A stretch of DNA of 62,964 nt, the filler included, from Pelomyxa schiedti (taxonomy: Eukaryota > Protista > Evosea): assembly GCA_020536535.1 (NCBI GenBank). It is 10 parts of 10 records of this genome, joined end to end, with 100 filler letters (N's around TTAATTAATTAA, not from the genome) between each part and the next. Parts side by side here need not be neighbours in the genome. Positions count along the whole stretch, not along the records: positions 13,019 to 33,404 come from JAHLWZ010001089.1; positions 33,505 to 34,615 come from JAHLWZ010002820.1; positions 34,716 to 37,712 come from JAHLWZ010001837.1; 7 more parts are not named here. One strand, 5' to 3'. Below, piece by piece: positions 23,801 through 35,839 of the stretch (its first letter is position 1; each line of letters begins with the position of its first letter). The position numbers were made by a program, and so were the translations under genes. The notes below the pieces were generated by a model. That model worked only from the letters and a program-made list of their open reading frames with translations, was not told where the DNA came from and did no database searches.

Positions 23801-26074
23801 GCCAGTTTTGTCATTAAAAAGCAAAAAACTTTGGTATCATCTGTTGGTATTGGCACTCGCAAGTAAAAATTTACTGCACACATACTTGTCTTATTTTATT
23901 AGGTGGGCAGTTCTTTCTTCTCCGAACATATACCTCTTTGATAGCCCAGCAGTATGTATCATTTGACTCTACTTTCCTTTCATAAAAAGTACCTTAGGAT
24001 CGGGAGCCATCATCTGAAGTTGATGTATTCTCAGCGCAAGTTTCTTTCAACGACGAAAGAAGGGAAATTAACTTCAGTACTTTCACCGAGTCGTTCTCCT
24101 TTACTATAGAATCAGACTCCTCTTTTAGAGTATGATATCAACCACAATTTTAGTTATTGAAGAAAAAAAGGAGTGGAAGGGCGGAATGAAGATTCTCCTT
24201 GGAGACTTATTTACCGATGTTTGATGATTAGACTCCATTCCTAGATTAATTGCTTGTAGGATTCTTCTGAAGGCGTTACTTCTGTCTTGCATGAAGGCTG
24301 GTTACTCAAAAAGAAGCACACTAGAGGTTTAGTTATCTCGAACATAAAAAGAAGGTCCATGACCGCCTTATTCCTACTTTTATAGCACTCAATCAAGTAG
24401 GTATTGCAAGCTGAGTGGCCATCGTCTTTACTATATGGCATCACCTAGTGACATTCGCCCTCTAGGATTTTTCGATTTGTATCATTCTCAGGTTTGGCAC
24501 AACTGATCGTTTGAGAGCCTAATGTCATAAGGTAACATTCTATGATGAGGATGAGGAGAACCGCGCTCAAGTACAACTTGCTACGCATGGAGGTTTGTAT
24601 TCTCTCTACCACCCTGACCCTGGAGGCTCTTTGAAGGTTTCCCTCCTTCTTAAAAAAGGAATCTAATGAGTTCATTAGGAATGGTCAGCGGCAATTAGAG
24701 CACAATGTGTGGGCGTTCCTTTCAACGTTGTTCACAAACAATGTCTTGATATCAATCTGCAATGGGTTGGAGAACCTCTAAGCTTGTTTGAAATTCAGAA
24801 TGAACTTGGCAAAGGGTAGAAGAATCGTTTGCTACCACAACCCTCTTATAATATGAATAGAGCGTATGCAACGGTTTACAAGGCAAGACATATAGATTCA
24901 GGTATTCAATTTTTGGGCTTCCTTCCGAAAGTGACAATTGAAATATCGCCGTAGGTTGTGTCATGGCAATCAAGATTCTCCCGATAGAAGGTAATATGGA
25001 ACACATTCAAGAATTGCAGTCCGAAATCGATGTATTAAAGAAATGCAGGTTCGTGTTTATTCTAAATTTTGCTCTCCAATAATCGTGTGGAGGTCTCCAC
25101 AAATCGTTTCATATTTCGGCTCTATGGTCTCTGGAGATGACTTGTGGGTGAGTTTTTATCCCCTTTGCGGTCAAGAATAAAATATCAAGATCATGATGGA
25201 ACATTGTGGGTGTGGCTCCGTTAAAGATATGATGAAAGCTGCTATGGATACACTCTCAGAAGCACAACTCGCTTTCATTTGCTGCGAAACTTTAAAGGGA
25301 TTAGTGCATCTACACTCAATAAATGTTATTCACCATGACATCAAGGTTTTCATCTCAACTCCATTCACTTTAATAACTTTTCCAAGGCGGGAAATATCCT
25401 TATAACAGAAGAGGGGCAAGTAAAAATTGGTTTGTTCTTAACCTTCTTGAAACTAATTGTAACGTTCCCGTACAGCGGACTTCGGTCTTTCTCAACAGTA
25501 CCAAGACATCCACAGCGTTAAAGCGGAGGACTTTGTAGGAAGTCCGTTGTACATGTCTCCTGAGGTGCTGCGGAAATCCAAGTACAATGCCAAGGTGGTA
25601 GTTCCTTTTTTCTTTTTTTTCGCACTTACTTTCACAAGACTGATATATGGAGTCTGGGTATCACAGTGATAGAGATGGCTGAAGGGTCTCCGCCAAATAT
25701 GCGTATGTGTAGTTTTGAACAGTTACTTGCAGCCATAGAACGTGCACCGCCCAAGTTTGCCAAACCGCAGTTCTGGCACAAGGACTTGATCGACTTTGTT
25801 TCCAAATGCTTAACTCGCGAAGTAGACACCAGGCCCGACGCAATTGCCATGCTTCTCGTAAGTCACCTCGGAACCTTCCCCTACTAATTACCCGTTACAG
25901 CATCCGTTCCTGCAGCAAAACGGCGGTGCCAATTCCATCAAGGGCCTTGTATCAGCCGCAATCCGCAGAAGAGACGCCGCGTTATCGGCTGCATCAACCA
26001 CAACCACCGGAACACCTTCAACAACATCAACAAATCCTCAGGCCTGTAGTAGTACAACAAACTCTTCATTCTAA
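20896..26074 (+). CDS. STE20-family kinase with Pro/Gln-rich N-terminus, ubiquitin-like domain, PH domains and CRIB-like motif
   Basis: Kinase motifs LGKGAYATVYKA, AIKIL, IMMEHCGCGSV, HHDIKAGNIL, ADFGLS, FVGSPLYMSPE, DIWSLGITVIEMAEGSPP and HPFL. PH-like segments KSGVLTKHK..RWCVL..LYYF and HEGWLLKK; CRIB-like VGVPFNVVH. Confidence 0.85.
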
Positions 26075-26279
26075 CCCTAAGTACAACCAAAGCCACTATC
26101 CCTAACCTATAGAACACAACCACTTTAGCATCCCTCCCAGATTGTATCCTTATGTTACTCTAGCAGTGCCATTGTGCCCATCCACAAAAACCAAGTTCCT
26201 TACAAAAAATGTCCTGGTATGCAAGGGAAAAGTTTTGTGGATAAAATTAAAAACGAAAAATGTTTGTTGACTAGGGTTT

Positions 26280-29200
26280 TTAGAAATATTCTACTCTAAA
26301 CACGGAGTTGTACTCCTCGTGAGGGAGAGGTGCCTCAGGGGTGGTTGATTCTGGTTGGTGTGTGCTTATGTCTACATTGAGTTGCTTGGCTACAATGTGG
26401 TTCATGAGGTTGGCGAACTCCGCCGGGTCGTTGATGGTGAATCCGCTTTGCAAAAGCGCACTTCTGTAGAGCAGCTCAATGGATAGCCGGAGTGTGGGGT
26501 CTTCTTTGTCGGCCTGTGGGTTTGGTTAATGGAGTGGCACGCAGTGAGGGTGCGGATTGTTTACCATCATTCTCTTGTGCATCTCCTTGATTAGAGGGTG
26601 TGTGGGGTTGATTTCCATAATTCTCTTGTTCGCGGCGTAGTTGGAGGCCATGGATGCGGCGCTGCCTGCTAGGGTCTGTGACTTCATGATTTTCTCCATG
26701 TTGGCTGTGAGGCCGTATGCCGTAGAAACAAGGATTGCGGGGGATGACTCGAGCTTCGTTGAAACCACAACCTTTTCAACCTGACAGAAACTGAGAAAAC
26801 GGCAACGGAAATTGGGGACTCCTACGTCGTCCTCGAGGGCTTCCTCAAGGAATTTAGTCAGCTCTTCGAGCTCTTCCTTAACCTCTTTCTGCTTGTCCTC
26901 GTCATCAATATCGAGCTTTACTCCTTGAAGATGTAAGTAGCACATTTGCAACGTCAAGGACTTACCATCACGACCAATGTTGACGAATTTATATTTGTCA
27001 AATTTGGCTAACCCGCCAAACATTGGGCTTGTAAGATATTCATCAATTGGATCAGTCATCAACAAAACCTGCGTTGACTGTGAAAACTAGCCAAAAAAAT
27101 AGACAAGTAACCTCATAATCGTTCCGTACAAGTCGCTCAATTAAAGGCGATTTGGAGATCGTCTCTGCATTGTCCCCAACTACGAGGTAAATTTCCTTTT
27201 GCCCCTCCTTCATTCGGTCTATGTACTCGTCAAGGGATATGAGCTTTCCCTCTGAGAAGAATATTAGTGGGGCGGGGGAAAAAAAGCTCACAAACCAGAC
27301 TTCGTTGAACGGAAAAGAAGAAGCTTAGACAATCTATCTTTGTGGGCTGGGTCCTCCAAAATGCCAACCTTGAGAGGAAAACATTAGAAGAGAAATGATT
27401 GCAGGCGATCTATCTACCTTGATATTAACTCTGTAGTTGTCATAGAACTTTTCGTATTTCTGTCTGTCATTTTTGAACAGGTCTTGGAACATTGAAATTG
27501 ACTTGCGAATGAGTTTCTTCTTGATTACTTCCAGAGCTTGGGACTCCTAAAAAAGAAAGTATAAACCCCAATGCAGTGACAAGATAAACTGATACCTGAA
27601 TTTGTTCTCGGGAAACATTGAGAGAAATATCGTCAGAGTCAACAATGCCCTTGATGAACCTAAGGTACGAGGGCATTATTTCGTAAAAATCACCTGAGGA
27701 CTCATGATTAATGGTGTGGGATATGTCATAAAGTAACTCATACCAGTAATGAAGACTCGGCGAACGTACAGTTTAATATTTTGCCTGTGTGATTCAGGGT
27801 TGGGATCCCAAAGTTTCATGGGAGGAGTTGCAGGGATGTAAAGGAGTGCTTTGAAGTTAGCATCACCTTCCACGCTGAAGTGTGCTCGGGCGATGGGTTC
27901 TTCTTCCTCCTGTGGATTGGTTTGTGTGGTCAATTTTTGGGATTGTTATTCACCTTGGTTAAGGCCTTATAAAAGTTGTTATATTCCTCTTCCGTGACTT
28001 CTTCAGCTGGTTTGAGCCACAAGGGCTTGTTGTCGTTGAGTCGCTCCCAGGACCACACTTTTCTTGTTTCAGTTTTCGTCTTTGGCTTTGCTTCCTCTTC
28101 TAAGTATGCTTTAATAAGAAAAAGAAAAAGAAATCAAAGGGAATACCAGTTTCCGTCTGTTCGCCAATCGGTAACTCTTCTTCTACATCGTCCTCATCCT
28201 TTTCAACAGGAACTTCAAACTCTTCATCATGTGCGTTCCAAAGGTAGATGGGGAAGTTGATGTATTCACTGTATTTAATGGCGAGAGCCTATAATAATCG
28301 CTTTAAGGGAAGTTAGAACAGGAAGGAGATAGTAACCTTAATTGTTTCAGGATTGAGAAACTCAGAACTCTGTTGATTGAGAAGAAGGGTGACTTTGGTA
28401 CCACGACCTAATGTGTTTCCGTGTGGATCCTTAGTCACAGAGAAACTACCCGCAGCCTTGGATTGCCATATCCACCTACCAACGTTAGAGAGGTACCAAG
28501 ATAGGTGTGAGTTAACTGATCTGGGTCTGCATTCGACTTAGATGTCACAGTGACAACATCTGCAACAAGGAAGGCAGCATAAAATCCAACACCAAACTTT
28601 CCAATAAGTGTCTTTTCGTCACCCTTCATGAACTTCTCGAGGAATTCTACAATATGTCAACGTACAAAAAGAATGAGCCCACAGAGGAATACCAGTTGTT
28701 CCTGACTGAGCCACGGTACCAAGATTGGCAACCAGCTCTTCTTTTGTCATGCCAATGCCCTTATCAGTAATCTCAATGACACCGGCTTCGGGGTCAATCT
28801 TGATCTGGGGCAACAGGTGAGGCACACATTTACACTTTATGGAAAGCACACTTTTATATCAAGGTTAGAAACATCACCTTCCCCCAAAACTGAGGGGTCC
28901 GTCAAGGACAAGAACCTAATCTTGTCCAAAGCCTATGTGTAGTTGAGTGCAAGTCATCATCGCACCAATGACATACATCCGAGCCATTGCTCAACAGCTC
29001 CCTCAAGAAGACTTCCTTGTTTGTGTATAAGGAGTGAACAATAATATTCATGAGTTTTGCCACTTCCGCCTGGAATGCGTATGTATTGGCTGCATCGCGC
29101 ATTCTTCGCTGTTCTTCAATGCTATACCCGGAATGTGACATGGCTCTCTCCTCCCTTCTCAAGTAAGGCCAATTGATAACTGGGATTTTTCGTGAAGGGG

Positions 29201-29480
29201 ATCACCTTTCCGCTACTTCGGCGTCGGTCATAAGAGGCACTTTGCCACCTTTCAGGTCTACATTCAGTTCAACCTCGTCGTCGGCATCCTCAGTAGCATC
29301 CTGTGCCTGTGTCCTGCCAAACAAAAACAAACTTCCAAACACTACAACACGGAAAACAAAAAGACACGAAGGAAGAGACGATGAGCCGAAGGAAAAAAAA
29401 CCTAGCACACAAAAAAGAGCGTTACCTAGGGCCGATAAGCCGAGCACGATCAATAGCCTCTTGTTACTCCCTATCTTCAT
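26280..29480 (-). CDS. HSP90B1: ER Hsp90 (GRP94/endoplasmin), multi-exon
   Basis: Signal peptide [19 protein letters not shown]; TDAEVAER; [33 protein letters not shown]; [10 protein letters not shown]; [10 protein letters not shown]; [17 protein letters not shown]; [12 protein letters not shown]. Confidence 0.93.
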
Positions 29481-29832
29481 ACGGATCTACGACCACACCC
29501 ACAACGCGTTGTTTGTTTTCAAAAATGAATCGCCAAACACAACGAAACTCGAGGTCAATCAGGCAACGAACGACACGTGTCAGAGATGTTGTCATCGAAT
29601 TTTCATGAGGAAGTCCCTGAAGACTACCAGAAACTCCACTCCTCAGTCTCCGAGGCATACTCTCTCTGAACTGCTTCCCGAGATCAGCAGTGATTCCATG
29701 TGACCAATCGAGCTTGGGCTCTGAGGACACGTCTAGTCGGAGACATTCTGAATGGAAAAATGTTGATCTCCTTTCCGTCCTTTCAAAAACAATCATAGGA
29801 AAAAACAGAAAAATTAAAAAAAACCAAAGGAA

Positions 29833-31000
29833 ATGACAGAGACGACGTCAGCGACACCGGAGACCAAGATCGAGCCGACGACAACGGAGCCCAACGCGAC
29901 ACCCGCAAATACAACTACCACCACAACCGAAGGATCTACGCAGTCCACCACGTCAATTACCGCCACTGCATCTGCATCTGCTCCCGAATCTGCGCCCGCA
30001 ACGACTACAACTTCATCGCCTGCCTCTACCACTGATGCTACGTTCACGCCGCCCGTGAAGCAGTGGAAAACGACGTCGGAGTTGGCGTTGGTGTCCAAGA
30101 ACAAGATCGCCGGGTTCATAAAGCAATGGGCCACCGACGAATTTTTGGTGACCAAGGGCCTGGATGGATCCATTACCTCCATTGTGAAAAATGTACCTGA
30201 AACAAAGTTGAAGGCTGCCTATTTGTATGCTCTAACTTTCTTCCCTTTTGTTGGTTGGTGACTTGAACTGACGTTATTTAACAACCACAAACTTTCTTCT
30301 GTCATAGTGACCTATTCACTTCACAAGCTTGGCGCAAGCCCGGCAGCGCCCCAGCCACAAAGCCGGCAACCACCAAGCCAGCCGCCAAGACAGTTGAACC
30401 ACAGCACGCTGCCACACCAACAACTGCAACCACCAAGCCTACTACAGCTGCAAAATCGACTGCTGCAGCAACTCCGGCTGCGAAAACTGCCGCTGCTGCA
30501 CCTGCGGAGAAGAAGCTCTTTACAAAATCCGTAAGTTTCCAGCAATCCCAATTTCGATTTTTAACAAACAAACAGGTGACGAAACGAGGGGATTCCAAAA
30601 ACGTTGCAAACAAGGGTGACATGATTTCAATGAGGTACACAGGTTCCTTTGTTGATGGTAAGATTTTCGACTCAAATTCTGGCAAGAATGACAAGCCGCT
30701 AAAGTTCAAACTTGGAAGTGGTGAGTTTCTGACATTCCTTTTCCACTCTCAATTATATTCAGGAAGAGTGATTCGTGGATGGGATGAAGGCATTATTGGT
30801 ACACTAACAACACCAAGCATCAACACAACTTAAAACCCATCAATAACAACTCTCACATAGGTATGTGCGTTGGAGAGAAAGCCAGATTGGAGATTGAGCC
30901 GGCCTGGGCTTACGGGAAAAAGGGAGTACCGGATGCTAAGATTCCCATCCCACCCAACACCAAGCTCGTATTTGAGATTGAGTTGGTTGCCATTGACTAA
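29833..31000 (+). CDS. FKBP3: FKBP25/FKBP3-like peptidyl-prolyl isomerase
   Basis: N-terminal helical domain (VSKNKIAGFIKQWATDEFL...LDGSITSIVKN...LKAAY) resembles the FKBP25 BTHB domain. FKBP domain KGDMISMRYTG..DGKIFDSN...GRVIRGWDEG...WAYGKKG..IPPNTKLVFEIELVAID*. Confidence 0.85.
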
Positions 31001-31099
31001 AACAACCACCATATGTGGCCGGCCCTCTAGTAACCCCTAGTTGAGGTACCTCACTCCTTTACTTCTCCCCTCACTCACCAATTACATGCATGGACTAGT

Positions 31100-33403
31100 T
31101 TACCGCAAGCTACCATGGTCCAATCAACATCCCTGAAGAAGGTCATAAGGTCAAAAAGGAACCTGTAATACCTAAAACAAATGTTCCACCCCAACTGCAA
31201 ACGGTGCTTTATTTCTTTCTTGCATTAGTAGAGGTTATGTTGTTTCCAAGTGGTGTACATACAAGAAGAGCCAACTGCGATGCTAACACCACAACTGCAA
31301 GAGGAAGACTCAGGCTGTTCCTTAATCAAAACAGAGGGAACATCAAACAAACAAACCGGGAAACCAACTGAGTTTTCAATCTACGAAAGGGCCTACACGA
31401 ACGACATTAGGGTAACCAACGGTTGTTGTTTGTCACGTTAATTTACTGGGTAATGTTACAGCTGCCTTGGAACAAATACCACCAGCCGGCGGATTCACGA
31501 GGAGAGGGGGTGTTTGTTTGTGGTAGTGAGTGATTGTCAGAGCAATGCAACAGAACTCTGGAAGTGAATCCTCAGCAAACAGCGCGGCCACGTCATCAGC
31601 ACCCACGTTGGTGTCCGATTTGAATGCTGCTGGTGGCATCCCATCATCGCGTTCCGCTGCAGCTGATGCGCGCGGAACTTCATCAGCTCCAGTGCCCGCT
31701 CCTTTTAAGCCAAATGACATTGGCATGTTTCATTTTGATGATTGATTCCCTTTTGCCACACTGACCTCTTTTTTTTTCTTTTTCACCGCTGTTTGATATG
31801 CAGAGGATTTGAGTGATATTGTTAGACTGAGGGAATTGTTGAGGCAAGAAAGAAGAATCAAGGAATACCTCAGCATGGTTGGTGTTTTTTACTCTCCTGG
31901 GTGGTATTAAACTGCAAGTAGCTGAGTCAATCTGCAACCTCATTGGATTCCACTATGAAGTCTTTCATAGATATGTTGAAACAAGACACGGTATATCGTT
32001 TTCCTGGGCATTACCTGCTCCTAATTCCTTAAGGGGTGTGCAACCATTGGAATTAGACTTGCAGATCAAGGCACTGGTGACTTTCCCTACTACTATCACG
32101 AAGGTTACTCTACGGAATTCCTCAGGTATTAGAACGTTACTCCATTCACCAAGTTGATTGATCCATAGGAAGGAAAATTCCCTTGTGAGGTGCATAGAAG
32201 GGAAAAGAGTACTCTCAGAAGGTATACTATTCACACCCATTCCACCGTAACAAACACTTCAAGGAACTTCGAAGTACCCATATGCACTCGACTGCCAGTA
32301 TGTCACTCTCCACCACAAAAATTTTCCCTGATTACCTAGGTGTGGGAATGTGATTCTTGGGATTAACGACCCCACCAAACCTTGGTATACAAAGAAGGGC
32401 TCGTTTGCAACAAACGATCTACCAAATAACGTGGCACCACGGTTTCCTGAGGTTTGAAGGAGGATTTTTATGTGCCAAAAAGGTAATAATTATCTACCAG
32501 GTGGAGAACACAGCTTGTCCAATACGTGGGCTTTGCCTCAAGGAAGGTTTTGTATCTCTTATGATGTCGCAGATTAAAGTAGATGGAATGGCATTTGGTC
32601 TTATTCAGGTCATTAAAAATATCATTTCCACTGTGCCAAAACTCCCAAAAAGATTGCTGATAAAACTGCCAATCGCTTGCCTCCAGGTGTTATTGAACTT
32701 GTGGAAATGCTGTCCGATGCAGTGGGGGGCGCTCTAAAGAAAACAAGTGAATATGTATTGCGCAAACAAGCTCTCCTTAAGTTGACTGCTGCTGTATGTC
32801 TGTCTCATAGCCTGGTTTTCCAACTCACTCATTCCAGTTGAGCTTATGCCCACCGGGAGCATATAAACCTGCACACCCTAATACTGACTTAAGTGAAACT
32901 CCACTTCTGGTTTGGACTCTTCTACATTTTTTTTTTAACTCCGGAAAGAAATCTGTTTCTCCCGAAGTAGGAGAGATCCTCACCAATTTCGGACTGAGCC
33001 AGTATGTTCCACTGTTTGACGCTAAAAAAGTCACTACATTTGACCTCTTCTACCGCTTCAGGTGAGCCGTTTTTAGTGCTGGATCTTCCTAACTTCTATT
33101 ACCAAGTGAAAAAGTAGTCCCAGTTGGTATCTCACCTCTATCGTTGGAGAAGCTCAGGCTGAGTCTGTCATGTTTTGTATTCAACCAAATACTGGATGAC
33201 GTGTTAGCAAACGAAGTAATTGGAAAAGGAGCATATGGAGTGGTAACTTAAACTATGCTTCTCCTTATTTTCCAATCTCACTCTAGGTTTATCGTGGCTG
33301 CTGGCAAGGTACTACAGCAGTAGCAATAAAGCAAGTAAATAAAGCGTGTAACATAAACCAACTGAGGCAGGAGGCAGCCATTTTGAACTCTCTGAACCAC
33401 CCA
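31100..33403 (+). CDS. TKL-type protein kinase with SAM-like domain; start uncertain, truncated by a linker
   Basis: EVGEILTNFGLSQYVPLF (SAM-like), then IGKGAYGVVYRGCWQGTTAVAIKQ...EAAILNSLNHP at the contig end. Confidence 0.7.
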
Positions 33404-33504
33404 ANNNNNNNNNNNNNNNNNNNNNNNNNNNNNNNNNNNNNNNNNNNNTTAATTAATTAANNNNNNNNNNNNNNNNNNNNNNNNNNNNNNNNNNNNNNNN
33501 NNNN

Positions 33505-33902
33505 GTATATTCGTGGAGCTCCAGGAACATACTGGGTCCCACCCACTTGTATGGCACCCACTTATAAGGGTGATAGGAAAGCGGGTGCATGAACCCCAGC
33601 AGAAGCGGTGAAACGCTGAAGTAAACAGGTCGTTCCTCCTGGTACTTTTGTGTGCCATCACTCACCCCAACATTGGCAATAAATTCAACAGAGGTTGGCA
33701 CAACGAATTCCTCCCACAGAACGCGAAGGAACGCAATCCACGCTGACGACGATTGAAACGACGATGGTGAAGGGGAGAAAACGAAGGAGCGGGCCCCGCA
33801 GCGATTGTGGGACGCCATTGCAACTGCCACCATTTGTGACACCGCACTCACGCCAGAGTATCCCTCGACCGCCGTGAACGCGCTCAGTGGTAAAGTCGAC
33901 AT
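33505..33902 (-). CDS. Expanded-family protein, 5' fragment
   Basis: SAVSQMVAVAMASHNRCGARS...AFLRVLWEEFV...FSVSPLLLG parallels the gene at 11484. Confidence 0.7.
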
Positions 33903-34106
33903 CACGAAAGTCTTTCCTTCTTGTTTCAACAGGTGTGTGATGACTTCATCACACAAGGCACCCTCAGAGTAAGCGACACCACTTTCACGACAAACTCCAC
34001 CAGATCAAATAAATGAAATGAACCTCTTTATGTCACTACAAACGTGTCCGTCACTCCCCTTCAGAGATGATTACGGAGTAGTTCATAGCCACATAGAAAG
34101 ATGCTT

Positions 34107-34615
34107 CTAGAAGGCATAGATTGAAGTGATGCTGATGAGGCCACTGATGACCACACTGATGCAATGCGCATTGCTCGACCCGTGAATGACACTCAGCTTG
34201 TTCTTTTCACGCTGCAGCAGGAACCCCGACCTGGCAACAACTTGGTTCACACCCTTCCAGCCAAAGTTATCTCGCTCCTCCACGTCGCCAAGATCAGCAA
34301 ACGTGATGACCCTGAGTGGCTTCGCGACGTTGTTGCAGTCCCAGATCTCAGCAAACTCCCCTGAGATGCAAAACAGAGACTCGCTCAGCTGCGACACGTC
34401 GCAGTGTCTCTCGTACTGGTTGTGCCATACAATCTGATTGGTGGGAATCGGTATGGACGAGAAACTGTCAGAGACCAGCCTGATGGATTCGTAGCTTTTC
34501 ACAACGAAGCAGTGGTTCCCGTTCTTCATAACGAGGGAGAGAAGCTTGTGTATCTTGCAATAACGTGTATAATCAGGTAGGAAACCTTTGACTGAAAATG
34601 GGGCTGAAGAAACCA
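34107..34615 (-). CDS. Expanded-family protein, 3' fragment
   Basis: HCFVVK...VSQLSESLFC...AEIWDCN...LRVI...ARSGFL parallels the C-terminus of the 11484 gene. Confidence 0.7.
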
Positions 34616-34715
34616 NNNNNNNNNNNNNNNNNNNNNNNNNNNNNNNNNNNNNNNNNNNNTTAATTAATTAANNNNNNNNNNNNNNNNNNNNNNNNNNNNN
34701 NNNNNNNNNNNNNNN

Positions 34716-34814
34716 GGTCCTGCATCAGATGAGTGGAGAGCCGTGATTGATGCCCAAACAGGTTTGACCCTCTGCCGTTGCAAACTGAGGCCAGAAACAG
34801 CCACATTCCTGTGA
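34716..34814 (+). CDS. 3' end of a paralog of the 35840 gene
   Basis: RAVIDAQTGLTLCRC versus RAVIDAHTGLTLCRF. Confidence 0.65.
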   Translation, partial: GPASDEWRAVIDAQTGLTLCRCKLRPETATFL

Positions 34815-34948
34815 ACACACGAAAAAAGAATTCATTGTGAAGAATAGGTTAACCGGTTTTGACGACTTACATTGTTTTGTAAAGAGTTCACTTGGAAGGA
34901 CAAAACCGCGTTATCCAACTTCACAAAACAAACAACACCAAATAACTA

Positions 34949-35689
34949 TTAAAATTTCTGTGCACGTCTTATTTCTCTCGCAACCTCAAAGAAAGCACCA
35001 TCAACATTGAAGTTTGTCTTGGCTGATGTCTCCAGAAAGGGGCACCCAAGTGATTTGGCCAGGTTGATTCCCTCCATCGGGCTCACTTGGCGTTCTTTTT
35101 CCATGTCACATTTGTTTCCACACAGCACAATGGGAATTCTTCCTGCCGGCTTCACGCGGCGTATTTGTTCCCTTTTGGTTTGTAAGTTCCGGGTAGAGAG
35201 TTATAATAATAACAAGATAAAATAATTGCTTAGCAATCAGTAAGCAACAAACACATGAAATGGTTGATTTCATTGAATGATTCCCTTGATGTGACAGAGT
35301 AAACAACAAGGAAGCCTTGCCCTGTCCTCATGTATTGTTCCCGCATGGCACTGTATTCTTCCTGGCCGGCTGTAAAATTACAACACAAAGTTCTTTCATT
35401 AGTTGATACCTGAGCGGATACAATGAGAGAGGAGCCAAACCGGTGTCAAGAATATCCAATAAACAAGTTGGTTCATTGTCAATTTCGACCTGTTTGCGAT
35501 AAGAGTCCTCAATCGTTGGGTCATACTCTACGTTGAAAGGAGAGGCATCACAAACCAATAAAAGGGAAAAAAAAAAACAAAGATGCCGGACGCACCCGCA
35601 ATGAAATGGTGTTGTATGAAATATATTGTAATTGCAGACTTGCCCGTTCCCGCCGGGCCACAAACCACTATTTTATACTCTGCCTCCAT
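34949..35689 (-). CDS. Ras-family small GTPase (atypical P-loop, no CAAX), 3 introns
   Basis: [21 protein letters not shown]...[14 protein letters not shown]...[26 protein letters not shown]...GNKCD...ETSAK...RRAQKF*. Confidence 0.92.
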
Positions 35690-35839
35690 TTCACTTGACT
35701 GAACAAGCTTTGTTTTCGTTATGTCGCACCTTGATTTCCCCTAAATAAACGTGAGAATAGGTTCTTTTCCGAACTCAGCGCTATCGCCGACAAAGTAACA
35801 ACACCTTGCGCTCGCAACAAAACCATCTCTAACTGCAAA

